Shown piece after piece: positions 28,237 to 37,500 of a stretch of DNA of 64,000 nt (positions are counted from its first letter, which is position 1; each line of letters starts with the position of its first letter). A program made the position numbers and the translations under genes. The DNA is taken from positions 22,997 through 86,996 of the forward strand of contig JBCQTJ010000003.1 in assembly GCA_047178625.1 (NCBI GenBank), given 5' to 3'. This DNA comes from Rikenellaceae bacterium (GTDB lineage Bacteria; Bacteroidota; Bacteroidia; Bacteroidales; Rikenellaceae). The notes below the pieces were generated by a model, which had not been told where the DNA came from, did no database searches, and saw nothing but the letters and a program-made list of their open reading frames with translations.

Positions 28237-28797
28237 ATGAAGATAATCCTCGCCATAACAGCCGCCAGCGGAGCGATCTACGCCCGCCAGACCCTCTCCT
28301 TGTTGCTTGCCGACGAGGGGGTTAGCCGTATCGCATTGATATATAGCAGCTCGGCCCGAGAGGTGGTCGAATATGAGGGTGAGAGCCTAATAGAGGCCGA
28401 TGGCGAGAGGGTAGTGGAGTACCCCAACTCGGATATGTTCTCGTCGGTGGCCAGCGGCTCCGCAGGGTGGGATGCGATGATCATCGCCCCGTGCAGCGTC
28501 GGGACACTTGGGCGTATCGCCTCGGGGGTATCGGACTCTCTGATCGCTCGTGCGGCCGATGTGATGATGAAGGAGCGACGTAGGCTCGTTTTGGTGGTTC
28601 GTGAGAGCCCCTTGTCGTTGATCCATCTTCGTAATATGGTCACACTTACCGAGTCGGGAGCCATCGTGATGCCCGCCTCGCCCAACTTTTATATGGGTGC
28701 CGAGAGTGTCGAAAAGGTGGCTCTGAGCGTGAGCCGACGTGTAGTCTCGATTGTGGGGTGCCGTGGCGATGTCGAGGCTTGGGAGGGTAAGCGATAA
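28237..28797 (+). CDS. ubiX: UbiX family flavin prenyltransferase
   Basis: ITAASGAIY, ASGS, PCS.GTL, RAADV..KERR.LVL..RESP. Confidence 0.93.
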   Translation: MKIILAITAASGAIYARQTLSLLLADEGVSRIALIYSSSAREVVEYEGESLIEADGERVVEYPNSDMFSSVASGSAGWDAMIIAPCSVGTLGRIASGVSDSLIARAADVMMKERRRLVLVVRESPLSLIHLRNMVTLTESGAIVMPASPNFYMGAESVEKVALSVSRRVVSIVGCRGDVEAWEGKR

Positions 28798-28836
28798 AAA
28801 GGGGGTCAAAAAAGTTGAAAAGTAACTAAAAATCAC

Positions 28837-28844
28837 TACCTTTG
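28837..28844 (+). promoter_or_regulatory. Bacteroidota -7 promoter element upstream of element copy 2 and efp
   Basis: TACCTTTG. Confidence 0.6.
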
Positions 28845-28902
28845 CCCCGATTGTGTCGTCCCCAGAGGCGACCAAATAAAACCAAGATAACACAATAATA
28901 AT

Positions 28903-29114
28903 TTAACGTGAGTTCGAAAATTATTTCGAACTCTTCCGCTGAGGAGCGATAGCGACCAAGTCCCCGCCCAGAGGGAGGGGATTTAGGGGTGGGGTAAGAT
29001 ATAAAAAGAGCTTAAAAAGCTCTTAGCGTGAGTTTGAAAATAGGAAGAACTCACAAAAATTGAAGCAAACAATAAACAAAAAGTGAGTTTTTCCTATTTT
29101 CGAACTCACGTTAA
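28903..29114 (+). repeat. ~210-bp multi-hairpin dispersed element, copy 2 (upstream of efp)
   Basis: Ends TTAACGTGAGTTCGAAAAT / ATTTTCGAACTCACGTTAA form a perfect inverted repeat; colinear with copies 1 and 3. Confidence 0.92.
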
Positions 29115-29137
29115 TTTAAACATAATAAAATTTAGTT

Positions 29138-29704
29138 ATGGCTACAACAGCTGAAATCAAGAATGGTATGTGTATCGAGTTAGATCGCAAGACCTATCAA
29201 ATCGTTGAGTTCCAACACGTAAAGCCTGGTAAGGGCCCAGCTTTCGTCCGCACAAAATTGAAGAATTTGGAGAATGGCAGAGTTGTCGACAACACCTTCT
29301 CAGCAGGATCTAAGATCGAGATCGTTCGAGTGGAGCGTCGCCCCTATCAGTTCACCTACGAGGATGATTTGGGAGCACACTTTATGCACACCGAGACATT
29401 CGAGGAGATCAACATCGAGAAGGATTTGATCACAAACTACGACTTGATGGCCGATGGACAGATCGTCGAGGTTATGTTTCATACCGAGAAGGAGCAGGTT
29501 CTCTCAGCTGAGTTGCCCCCAATCGTCGATATGGAGGTGACATACACCGAGCCAGGAGTGAAGGGCGACACAGCCTCAACCAACTCGTTGAAGCCAGCGA
29601 CTGTCAACACTAACGCAACAGTTCGTGTGCCTCTATTCATCAACACAGGTGACAAGATTCGTGTCGATACTCGTACACGTGAGTATTATGAGCGTATCAA
29701 GTAA
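29138..29704 (+). CDS. efp: Elongation factor P
   Basis: [34 protein letters not shown]. Confidence 0.98.
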   Translation: MATTAEIKNGMCIELDRKTYQIVEFQHVKPGKGPAFVRTKLKNLENGRVVDNTFSAGSKIEIVRVERRPYQFTYEDDLGAHFMHTETFEEINIEKDLITNYDLMADGQIVEVMFHTEKEQVLSAELPPIVDMEVTYTEPGVKGDTASTNSLKPATVNTNATVRVPLFINTGDKIRVDTRTREYYERIK

Positions 29705-29716
29705 GGTGTGAGATCT

Positions 29717-29992
29717 GAGATCGTTGCAAGGCGGCGAAATTTCGAAGATCCTGAATCATCTACCTCAGTCACGTACTTTTAGTACGCTCCTTCGGCAGCT
29801 GCTCCACGATCTTCAAAATCTCATCCACCTATCAACGATCTCCCCCACACGAAGTAAGGCGGCGAAATTTCGAAGATCCTGAATCATCTACCTCAGTCAC
29901 GTACTTTTAGTACGCTCCTTCGGCAGCTGCTCCACGATCTTCAAAATCTCATTCACCTATCAACGATCTCCACCACACGAAGTAAGGCGGCG
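29717..29992. mobile_element. 126-bp palindromic ERIC-core-like element (29717-29842), tandemly duplicated with 128-bp period
   Basis: Terminal inverted repeat GAGATCGTTG/CAACGATCTC; aaggcggcg recurs at 29728, 29856 and 29984. Confidence 0.85.
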
Positions 29993-30022
29993 CAAAACTT
30001 TTGTTTTGCAATTTTTATATTT

Positions 30023-30051
30023 AGGATGTCCTTCGGGGCATCCTTTTTTTT
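30023..30051 (+). terminator. Intrinsic terminator downstream of efp
   Basis: AGGATGTCC-TTCG-GGGCATCCT followed by a T run. Confidence 0.88.
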
Positions 30052-30138
30052 AATTTTTTACTCTCTCTACATAATAATCCCTCGAGGCGAGCCGTTATAA
30101 GAGTGTAAATATCAAATATATAATCTAAAGAGTAATAT

Positions 30139-30348
30139 ATGGTAGAATTTGACACTGAGACAGAAGAGGGTGAGATGGAGCGTGCGGCCGAGGCCGAGGC
30201 AGTTTCGTTGACACCCACCCCCGAGAATTTTGATTTTGAGGTCGACCACCAGATGGAGGACCACGATCTTTTTCTCACCCACGTCGCTCAAGAGGATTCG
30301 GAGCTATATGCGTTAGATTGCTGTATGTCCGAGATTTTTAGAGGTTAG
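30139..30348 (+). CDS. Small highly acidic hypothetical protein (69 aa)
   Basis: ATG after an A-rich leader, host-like codons, lies between two terminators. Confidence 0.55.
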   Translation: MVEFDTETEEGEMERAAEAEAVSLTPTPENFDFEVDHQMEDHDLFLTHVAQEDSELYALDCCMSEIFRG

Positions 30349-30384
30349 GTTTATTGTTTGTTTTTTTATCCTCTTGGGTGTTAT

Positions 30385-30424
30385 GCTACGGAATAGGGAA
30401 TTTCCCTATTCCGTAGCTTTTTTA
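30385..30424. terminator. Perfect 16-bp inverted repeat plus T run between convergent genes
   Basis: GCTACGGAATAGGGAA-T-TTCCCTATTCCGTAGC-TTTTTTT. Confidence 0.8.
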
Positions 30425-31312
30425 TAAAGACTCCTCCAGAATGTTTCTTAAATGCGCACGGCTCACGTGAGTATAGATCTCGGTAGTAGTGATATTCTCG
30501 TGGCCCAACATCTCCTGCACCTCACGGATCGAGGCCCCACCCTCGAGCAGATGGGTGGCGAAGGTGTGGCGGAGGGTGTGTGGGCTCACCACAGCGTCAA
30601 TCCCTGCGGCGGCCACAGCTCGGCGAACTATCGTGAAGATCATCACTCGAGTTAGCCCTCGCCCTCGATTATTGAGGAAGAGGGTATCCTCGCCGCTCTC
30701 CTCGCCGCCACGCCTCTCGAGATATAACTCAATGCGCTCTCGGGCAACATTGCTTAAGGGGACCAACCTCTGCTTGCTCCCCTTGCCGACTACCCTCAGA
30801 TAACTCTCCTCGAAGAATAGGTCCGAGAGGCGAAGGGTGATGAGCTCCGAGACACGCAAGCCACACGAGTAGAGCACCTCGACCATCGCACGATCTCGGA
30901 TCCCCTTGGTCGTCGATGGGTCGATCGCCTCGATCATTTTGTCCACATCCTCGATTGTGAGCAGGTCGGGCAGGTGGCGTGAGAGTTGAGGCGAGGTGAT
31001 CCGCTCGGCTGGTGAGCTATCTATTTCATTTTCAATTAATAAAAAGTCGAAAAACGACCTGAGGCTCGAGATCATTCGGGCCGACGAACTGCTGCTTAGC
31101 CCCAAGTGGTAGAGCTCCTCTATGAAGGCCTCGATATGGTGGCTCTCGACCTCGAACGGGGCCACGCCAAAGCGCTCGATGATGAAGCGCGAGAAACACT
31201 CCACATCACGCCTATACGAGAGGTGGGTATTTGTCGATAACGCACGCTCGATACGGATGTAGGTTGTGAATGATTGGATAAAATTCTTCCAAATATGGCT
31301 GTTATCTCCCAT
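30422..31312 (-). CDS. xerD: Site-specific tyrosine recombinase XerD
   Basis: LYSCGLRVSEL, GKGSKQRLVP, SPHTLRHTFATHLLEGGA, LGH...TTEIYTHV. Confidence 0.9.
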   Translation of the reverse strand: MGDNSHIWKNFIQSFTTYIRIERALSTNTHLSYRRDVECFSRFIIERFGVAPFEVESHHIEAFIEELYHLGLSSSSSARMISSLRSFFDFLLIENEIDSSPAERITSPQLSRHLPDLLTIEDVDKMIEAIDPSTTKGIRDRAMVEVLYSCGLRVSELITLRLSDLFFEESYLRVVGKGSKQRLVPLSNVARERIELYLERRGGEESGEDTLFLNNRGRGLTRVMIFTIVRRAVAAAGIDAVVSPHTLRHTFATHLLEGGASIREVQEMLGHENITTTEIYTHVSRAHLRNILEESL

Positions 31313-31320
31313 TGTTTGAC

Positions 31321-31347
31321 TACCTTTGCTGATACTCAACAAAGGTA
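31321..31347. promoter_or_regulatory. Face-to-face -7 promoter elements for prmA (+, 31321-31328) and xerD (-, 31340-31347)
   Basis: TACCTTTG on both strands, 11 bp apart. Confidence 0.55.
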
Positions 31348-31367
31348 TAAAAAAATATAATAAAAAA

Positions 31368-31582
31368 GTGAGTTCGAAAATTATTTCGAACTCTTCCGCT
31401 TAAGGAGCGATAGCGACCAAGTCCCCTCCCTTTGGGAGGGGACTTAGGGGTGGGTAAAATATGATAAAATATTAAAAAAAGAGCTTTTTAAGCTCTTAGT
31501 GTGAGTTTGAAGATAGGAAAAACTCACAAAAATTGAGATAAGCAATAGATAAAAAGTGAGTTTTTCCTATTTTCGAACTCAC
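31368..31582 (+). repeat. ~215-bp multi-hairpin dispersed element, copy 3 (upstream of prmA)
   Basis: GTGAGTTCGAAAAT...ATTTTCGAACTCAC; colinear with copies 1 and 2. Confidence 0.92.
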
Positions 31583-31599
31583 GCTAAAATAATATTTTT

Positions 31600-32448
31600 A
31601 TGGATTACGTAGAGTTAAACATCCCAATCGAGAGCGAGGAGCAGGGCGAGATCCTCATAGCAGAGCTCGCCGACTACCCCTTCGAGAGCTTCGAGTGCGA
31701 GGGTAACACCCTTCTGAAAGGGTATATCCCCCAGATGAAGTTGGTCGACTGCAAGGCAGCGGTCGATGCTCTGTTGCTAAGATATGGGGTCGAGGGTGCT
31801 CGATATATCTCGATCGAGAGTAAGAATTGGAACGCTGTGTGGGAGTCGAACTTCGATCGAGTCGAGGTTGGCGAGAGGTTATTGATACGTGCTCCATTTC
31901 ACGAGGCGGACCCACGCTTCGAACGTGAGGTTGTGATTATGCCAAAGATGTCGTTTGGAACGGGCCACCACGCAACCACCCACCTGATGGCGGAGTGGAC
32001 GATGGATTTAGGGGCCCAAGGGCGATTGAAGGGGGCGAGAGGGCTCGATATGGGTAGCGGAACGGGGGTCTTGGCCATCGTCGCCGCCTTCGAGGGTGCC
32101 GAGGCGATGGATGCTGTCGACATCGACGAGTGGGCCGATGAGAATTGCCGTGAGAATATCGCCAAAAATGGCGTTGAAGGTGTTGTGGCCCCTATTCTTG
32201 GCGATATGTCGAAGGTGGCGGATCGTCACTACTCCTTCATCTTGGCCAATATCAACCGCAATATTTTGCTAAACGATATGGCTCGCTACGCCTCGTCGCT
32301 GGACGAGGGGGGCGTGCTCTTGATGAGCGGCTTTTTGGAGCAGGATGTCGAGATCTTGCAGAGCAAGGCGAGGGAGTTGGGGCTCACCCCAGTGGACCAT
32401 AGAGTCCGTGGCGGCTGGGTCGCTATGAGGGTCGACAAGTTAGTGTAA
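31600..32448 (+). CDS. prmA: Ribosomal protein L11 methyltransferase
   Basis: NWNAVWE, PKMSFGTGHHATT, LDMGSGTGVL, ILANINRN. Confidence 0.95.
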   Translation: MDYVELNIPIESEEQGEILIAELADYPFESFECEGNTLLKGYIPQMKLVDCKAAVDALLLRYGVEGARYISIESKNWNAVWESNFDRVEVGERLLIRAPFHEADPRFEREVVIMPKMSFGTGHHATTHLMAEWTMDLGAQGRLKGARGLDMGSGTGVLAIVAAFEGAEAMDAVDIDEWADENCRENIAKNGVEGVVAPILGDMSKVADRHYSFILANINRNILLNDMARYASSLDEGGVLLMSGFLEQDVEILQSKARELGLTPVDHRVRGGWVAMRVDKLV

Positions 32449-32453
32449 CTCGT

Positions 32454-33188
32454 ATGGCTCAGATGAGTGTATATAAGGGGCGAGGCGTGGTGCTCCACAC
32501 CCTGAAGTATGGCGAGAATGCGATGATTGTCCACCTCCTCACCGATGTGGGGGGGCGACAGAGCTTCATCGTCCAAGGGGTGCGAAGTGGCCGTGGGCGA
32601 GGGTCGAAGGCGGCCCTTTTTCAGCCCCTATTTACCGTCGAGTTCGAGGGTCTGAACCCCTCTAAGGGGGAGCTCCACCGCTTTCGGGAGGTGCGAAATG
32701 GGATCACACTTCGGCGCACCCCATTCGATATTCGCCGCTCCTCGATCGCCCTGTTTATAGCCGAGGTGTTATATCGTTTGGTGAGGGAGAGTGGCCCCAA
32801 TGAGCGCCTTTTCGAGCGAATCTGGTATTCGATCGAGGCGCTGGATAGTATCGACGATGGGGTCGCTAATTTCCACCTCTGGTTTCTTGTGAAGTTAAGT
32901 GATGAGTTGGGTTTTCGACCCTCGGGACGATATGTCGAGGGGGGATGGTTCGACATCCGAGAGGGGCAGTTTTGCGCCTCGCAACCCTCGTCGGGGATCG
33001 CCCTCTCACCCTCGGAGACGGCTCTGCTTGCTCGCCTTATGAGTTGCGAGGTGAACCGCTTGGGCGAAGTCGAGCTTAACCGAGCGGAGAGGGTTGCCTT
33101 TATCGAGGCTATGCAGCGATACTATGGCTATCATCTTGACTCTATGCCTGTTATCGAGTCTTTGGCTATTCTCAGAGAGCTTTTCTGA
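32454..33188 (+). CDS. recO: DNA repair protein RecO
   Basis: GVVL..LKYGE, FQPL, LFIAEVL, LGF.P, SLAILRELF. Confidence 0.9.
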   Translation: MAQMSVYKGRGVVLHTLKYGENAMIVHLLTDVGGRQSFIVQGVRSGRGRGSKAALFQPLFTVEFEGLNPSKGELHRFREVRNGITLRRTPFDIRRSSIALFIAEVLYRLVRESGPNERLFERIWYSIEALDSIDDGVANFHLWFLVKLSDELGFRPSGRYVEGGWFDIREGQFCASQPSSGIALSPSETALLARLMSCEVNRLGEVELNRAERVAFIEAMQRYYGYHLDSMPVIESLAILRELF

Positions 33189-33226
33189 GACTTTCTGAGT
33201 CTGACTGAGACTCAGAAAGTTCCAGA
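33185..33226. repeat. Short inverted CTGAG/CTCAG array between convergent recO and tolC
   Basis: ctgagacttt ctgagtctga ctgaga ctcagaaagt tccaga. Confidence 0.75.
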
Positions 33227-33230
33227 AAAA

Positions 33231-34586
33231 CTAATACCCAGCAGCCTTCTCATAAAGAGAAAAAGCAATCCGCTGAGCCCCACGAGCCTCAACAAGCCGA
33301 TTCATAGCCTCCTGCCAAAGCATCTGAGCCTCGAGATAATCGGCAATGCTCTCCATCCCAGCCCCATAGTGCTCGCCACTCAGGCGCATATTCTCCTCCG
33401 CCTGCCTAACAGATCGCTCGTTGAGGAGTACCTCCATAGTCGCCTCGTCATAATTATTTATCGCCTGCATAAGCTCTAAGGTCATCTGTTGGCTAAGATC
33501 CTCGAATTGGTTCTGTGCGATCGTCACCTCACGACGTTGAGCCGAGCTCTTGCGTCGCCCCTCGCCCCAATTAAATATCGGGACACTCACCATCACACCT
33601 CCCGTGAAGTTGGCGCTGTTGAACAGGGTTTGGTTGTTTAGCTTCGCACCTCCCGTGTATCCGTAATTGGCTATGGCCGAGATAGATGGCAGATAGTCGC
33701 TTCGGGTGAGCTTCACCTCCAACTCCTTCGCCTCGATCTGCTGCTCCAACATCCGATACTCGGGGCGCCCCGTGATGTCGAGATTCGAGCTATCGACACT
33801 TCGCCCCAATTCGAACTCGTCCTGAACCTCCAAATCGAGGGTCGCAAGCGGAAGTCCAATGGCGTAGCAGAGGTTCATCTTCGCCAATCGACGACCATTC
33901 TCGGCCCTCTGACACATCAGCTTCGCCTCATTCAGCCTCACCTCGACCTTCATCACCTCGTAGAGGCGACACATCCCCGCCTCTTGGGCGTTTTTTGTCT
34001 GGCGATAGAACTCCTCGACCACCTCTTGGTATTTGTGGGCCGTTGTCACCATCTCCTCGACTTTGAGTAGTGTGTAGAAGGCCTCGTCGGTCGCCACAAT
34101 CACCTCGGCCTCGGTGAGTTGGCGACGACTCTGCGATACCGAAACTCCGATCTCGGCCAACTTCACAGCCGATGATACCTTGCCGCCTATGTAGATCGGC
34201 TGCACCACCATCGCCCCTACGTTGTAGATCGAACCCACCTCAAAGTCGAAGTTCATATCGGGCATATAGGCATACTGATTTGGGATCATCGCACCCGTTG
34301 ATATGTCGAGTGTGGGCAGATATCCCCCCTCGATGCTCTGTGAGAGGGTTGTGGTCGAGTAGAGGTAGTTGGCGTTGAGCGATAGGTTGGGCAGGTGGTT
34401 GCTCCTATACGAGGCCAACAGATCCTTCGATATGTCGACACTCTCGATCGATGATTTCAGCGTCAAGTTACTCTCGATCGCCATCTCTCGGCACTCCGCC
34501 AAGGTCAAGGGCTTCGCCTCGACCCCAATAGTGGCCGAGCTCAAAACCGCCACAAGGGCGAAGAATATATTGTTGTGTAGTCTCAT
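33231..34586 (-). CDS. TolC family outer-membrane efflux protein
   Basis: LTL.EC...A...N, QPIY.GGK, V.VPIFNWG; in operon with RND genes. Confidence 0.92.
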   Translation of the reverse strand: MRLHNNIFFALVAVLSSATIGVEAKPLTLAECREMAIESNLTLKSSIESVDISKDLLASYRSNHLPNLSLNANYLYSTTTLSQSIEGGYLPTLDISTGAMIPNQYAYMPDMNFDFEVGSIYNVGAMVVQPIYIGGKVSSAVKLAEIGVSVSQSRRQLTEAEVIVATDEAFYTLLKVEEMVTTAHKYQEVVEEFYRQTKNAQEAGMCRLYEVMKVEVRLNEAKLMCQRAENGRRLAKMNLCYAIGLPLATLDLEVQDEFELGRSVDSSNLDITGRPEYRMLEQQIEAKELEVKLTRSDYLPSISAIANYGYTGGAKLNNQTLFNSANFTGGVMVSVPIFNWGEGRRKSSAQRREVTIAQNQFEDLSQQMTLELMQAINNYDEATMEVLLNERSVRQAEENMRLSGEHYGAGMESIADYLEAQMLWQEAMNRLVEARGAQRIAFSLYEKAAGY

Positions 34587-34593
34587 CTTTTTA

Positions 34594-37500
34594 TTACTTA
34601 ATTTTAATGTTAAAGAGGATAGAGTAGAGGGTAGGGATAAAGATCAGAGTCACCAAAGTACCCACTAACAGACCCCCCATAATTGTTGCGGCAAGCGATC
34701 CAAACATCGCATCGGGGAGGAGCGGAACCATTCCGAGGATGGTGGTCAGAGAGGCCATCATCACAGGGCGGAAACGGCTATCCGAGCTATCCAAGAGTGC
34801 CTGATAAGGCTCCTTGCCCTCGCTGATCTGGAGTGTCATCTCATCCATCAAGACAACGCCATTTTTGATCATCATACCGATCAATCCCAACACTCCACAG
34901 ATCGCTACAAAGCCAAAGGGCTTCATCGAGAGCCACACCCCAAAGATCGCCCCAAAGAGCAGCAGCGGCACGCAGAGCATAATGATGAGGGGCTTTCGGT
35001 AATCCTTAAAGAGCATAATGAGGATTCCGATCATCAGAAATATCGCCAGTGGGAAGTTGCCAAAGAGGTACTTCATCGAGTCACGTCGGGTCTCATACTC
35101 CCCCTGCCACTCCATCGAATAGCCCTCGGGGAGCTCGATCGCCTCGATCGCCCCCAATATCTGCTTCCTCGCATCCTCGGCGCTCACCTCCATTACATTG
35201 TTGCACTGAGCCCTCATCGCCCTCTCGCCCTTGTAGCGGATTATAATGGGGTCCTCCCACTTTAGGTTCACGCCATCTACCGCCTGACTCAGAGGAATGG
35301 TTGTGATTATCTCATCCAAGAGCTCCTCCTTCGAGATCGCCCCCGTCATCACACCCCTCAAAGTCTCCTGATTGAGGATCCCCATCGAGGGGAGCATCGA
35401 GAAGATGGGGGCGGTCTCGATCTGATCCAACCTATTGCCATCACTATCGACACACTTCACGATGATCTTGTCGACATCGTTGCCGTTGTAGATCACCCCT
35501 GTGGGGATTCCATCGGTCGAGGCCATCAACGAGAGTGCAACATCTTGTCGGCTGAGCCCCAACTCGTTGGCGATCTGCTGGTTGTACTCCACCTCCAACA
35601 CGGGAACCTTGCGATCCCAATCCGAGGTGACGAGGGTTATGTCGGGGCACTGCTCCATAATCGCTTGTGCCTGATGGGTAAGCGAACGGAGAACGTCGGG
35701 ATCGGGACCTCTAAAAGTCACCTCGATCGGATATCTGTTATACATCAAGTTATATCGCTTGACCCTCACATAGGAGTGGGGATAGCTATCGCTTAAACGT
35801 CGCTGAAGCTCGGGGATGGCACTCACCAACGCCTCCTCGTCTCGGAACTCGACGATTATATCGCCATAGGAGAGGGCTGGGGTGGCGATGCTTCGCACGA
35901 GGTTATATCGGCTCGGAGTCGCCCCCACCGAGGTGGTTACGTGGCACACATCCTCTCTCGAGAGTAGATACTCAGCGATCTGGTCGAGGTCGTGCTGGGT
36001 GTGGTCCGAACTGCTGCTCTCATCCAACTTATACTCTATGTAGAGCTGGTTATATGAGAGGTCGGGGAAGAAGCTCTGGGGCAGGATCTGGTAGATCGCT
36101 GCGCTGCTTGCTGTCAAAATCACAGCCAAGACAACCGTCACCGTGCGGTTGTGCAAGGTCCATTTCAAGGTAGCGTTGAGCGCCCTCTGAGTAAAACTCT
36201 TACGTTTGGGCTTTGGCTCAGCCTTAGCCTTAGCTCCCCCCAACATCCACTTAGCCTGCAAAGGGACCATAGTCAACGACAAAACCCAACTAAGCATAAG
36301 CGAGACAGCCAAGACAACAAAGAGATCACGAATATAGACCCCCGTAGTGTCGGGCGAGAGGAACAGCGGCAAAAAAGCGATGATTGCAATGAGGGTAGCC
36401 CCCAACAGAGGCATAGCGGTTTTTCGCCCAATCTCGGTCAAGGCACGAGTTCGGAGCCTACCACGCTGCTGGTCGATCAAGATTCCATCGACAATAACAA
36501 TAGCGTTGTCGACCAACATCCCCATAGCAAGGATAAAGGCCCCGAGCGAGACACGTTGAAGCGTTCCATCGAAGAGGTTGAGAAAGAGGATCGACCCCAA
36601 AACGGTCGCCACCAACGTCACACCCAACAACACGCCACTTCGTAGCCCCATCGCAAACATCAACACCACGATCACAATCAGAATCGAGGCGATGAGGTTG
36701 AGGATAAAGGTGTCGATAGCATCGGCCACCTTGTCGGGCTGGAAAAATACCTTGTTGCACTCCACCCCCAACGGCAATTTAGAGGCGGTGAGTCGCTCGA
36801 TGAGTCGCTCCACCTCGGCACCCACCTTTGTGATGTCGCTCCCTGCGAGGGCCGAGATCGAGATTCCGATCGAGGGTTGACGATCGTAGAATAGGGCACG
36901 GCGAGTGGGGTCGGCATAGCCTCGCTCCACCTTGGCAATGTCGCTGAGGCGGATCTGATCCCCCTCGTGGCCTCTGATCACCACCTGCTCCAACTCCTCG
37001 GCGTTGCGATACTTATCATCTACGCTCACCCTAATTCGCTTATCTCCACTTCTGTAATATCCCGAGTAGACGACGTTGCTCTGCCCTTGGATGGTCTGGA
37101 CCACCTCGATGGGTGAGACTCCGAGGTTGGCCATCCTCTCCTCGTAGATCGAGATGTTGATCACAGGCTCCAACACTCCGTAGAGCTCCACCTTCGAGAT
37201 CCCCTCTATCTGTTGGATCTCACGACGTAGTAGAGAGGCGTAATCGGCCAACTCTTCGTTGCTCTGACCATCCGACGAGAGGGCGTAGAACATCCCAAAT
37301 ACATCGCCATAGGTGTCGATCACAATGCTCGACGAGGCCCCCTCGGGGAGCTTCGACTGCACGTCGGCAACACTCCGTCGCAAGATATCCCAATATTGCT
37401 CGATCTCGTCGTCGGGGATGGTCTTGATTAGGTCGACTGTGATGATCGAGAGGTCGGCCGACGATTGGCTCGTGAGTCGATAGATCCCATTCATCGAGTA

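Noticed and set aside
29728-29992. 128-bp periodic repeat as a CRISPR array
   Set aside because: Whole units are near-identical with no unique spacers, there are only about two copies, and no cas genes
30422-31312. Tyrosine recombinase as a phage or ICE integrase
   Set aside because: Length and motifs match housekeeping XerD; flanks are core genes with no att sites or cargo
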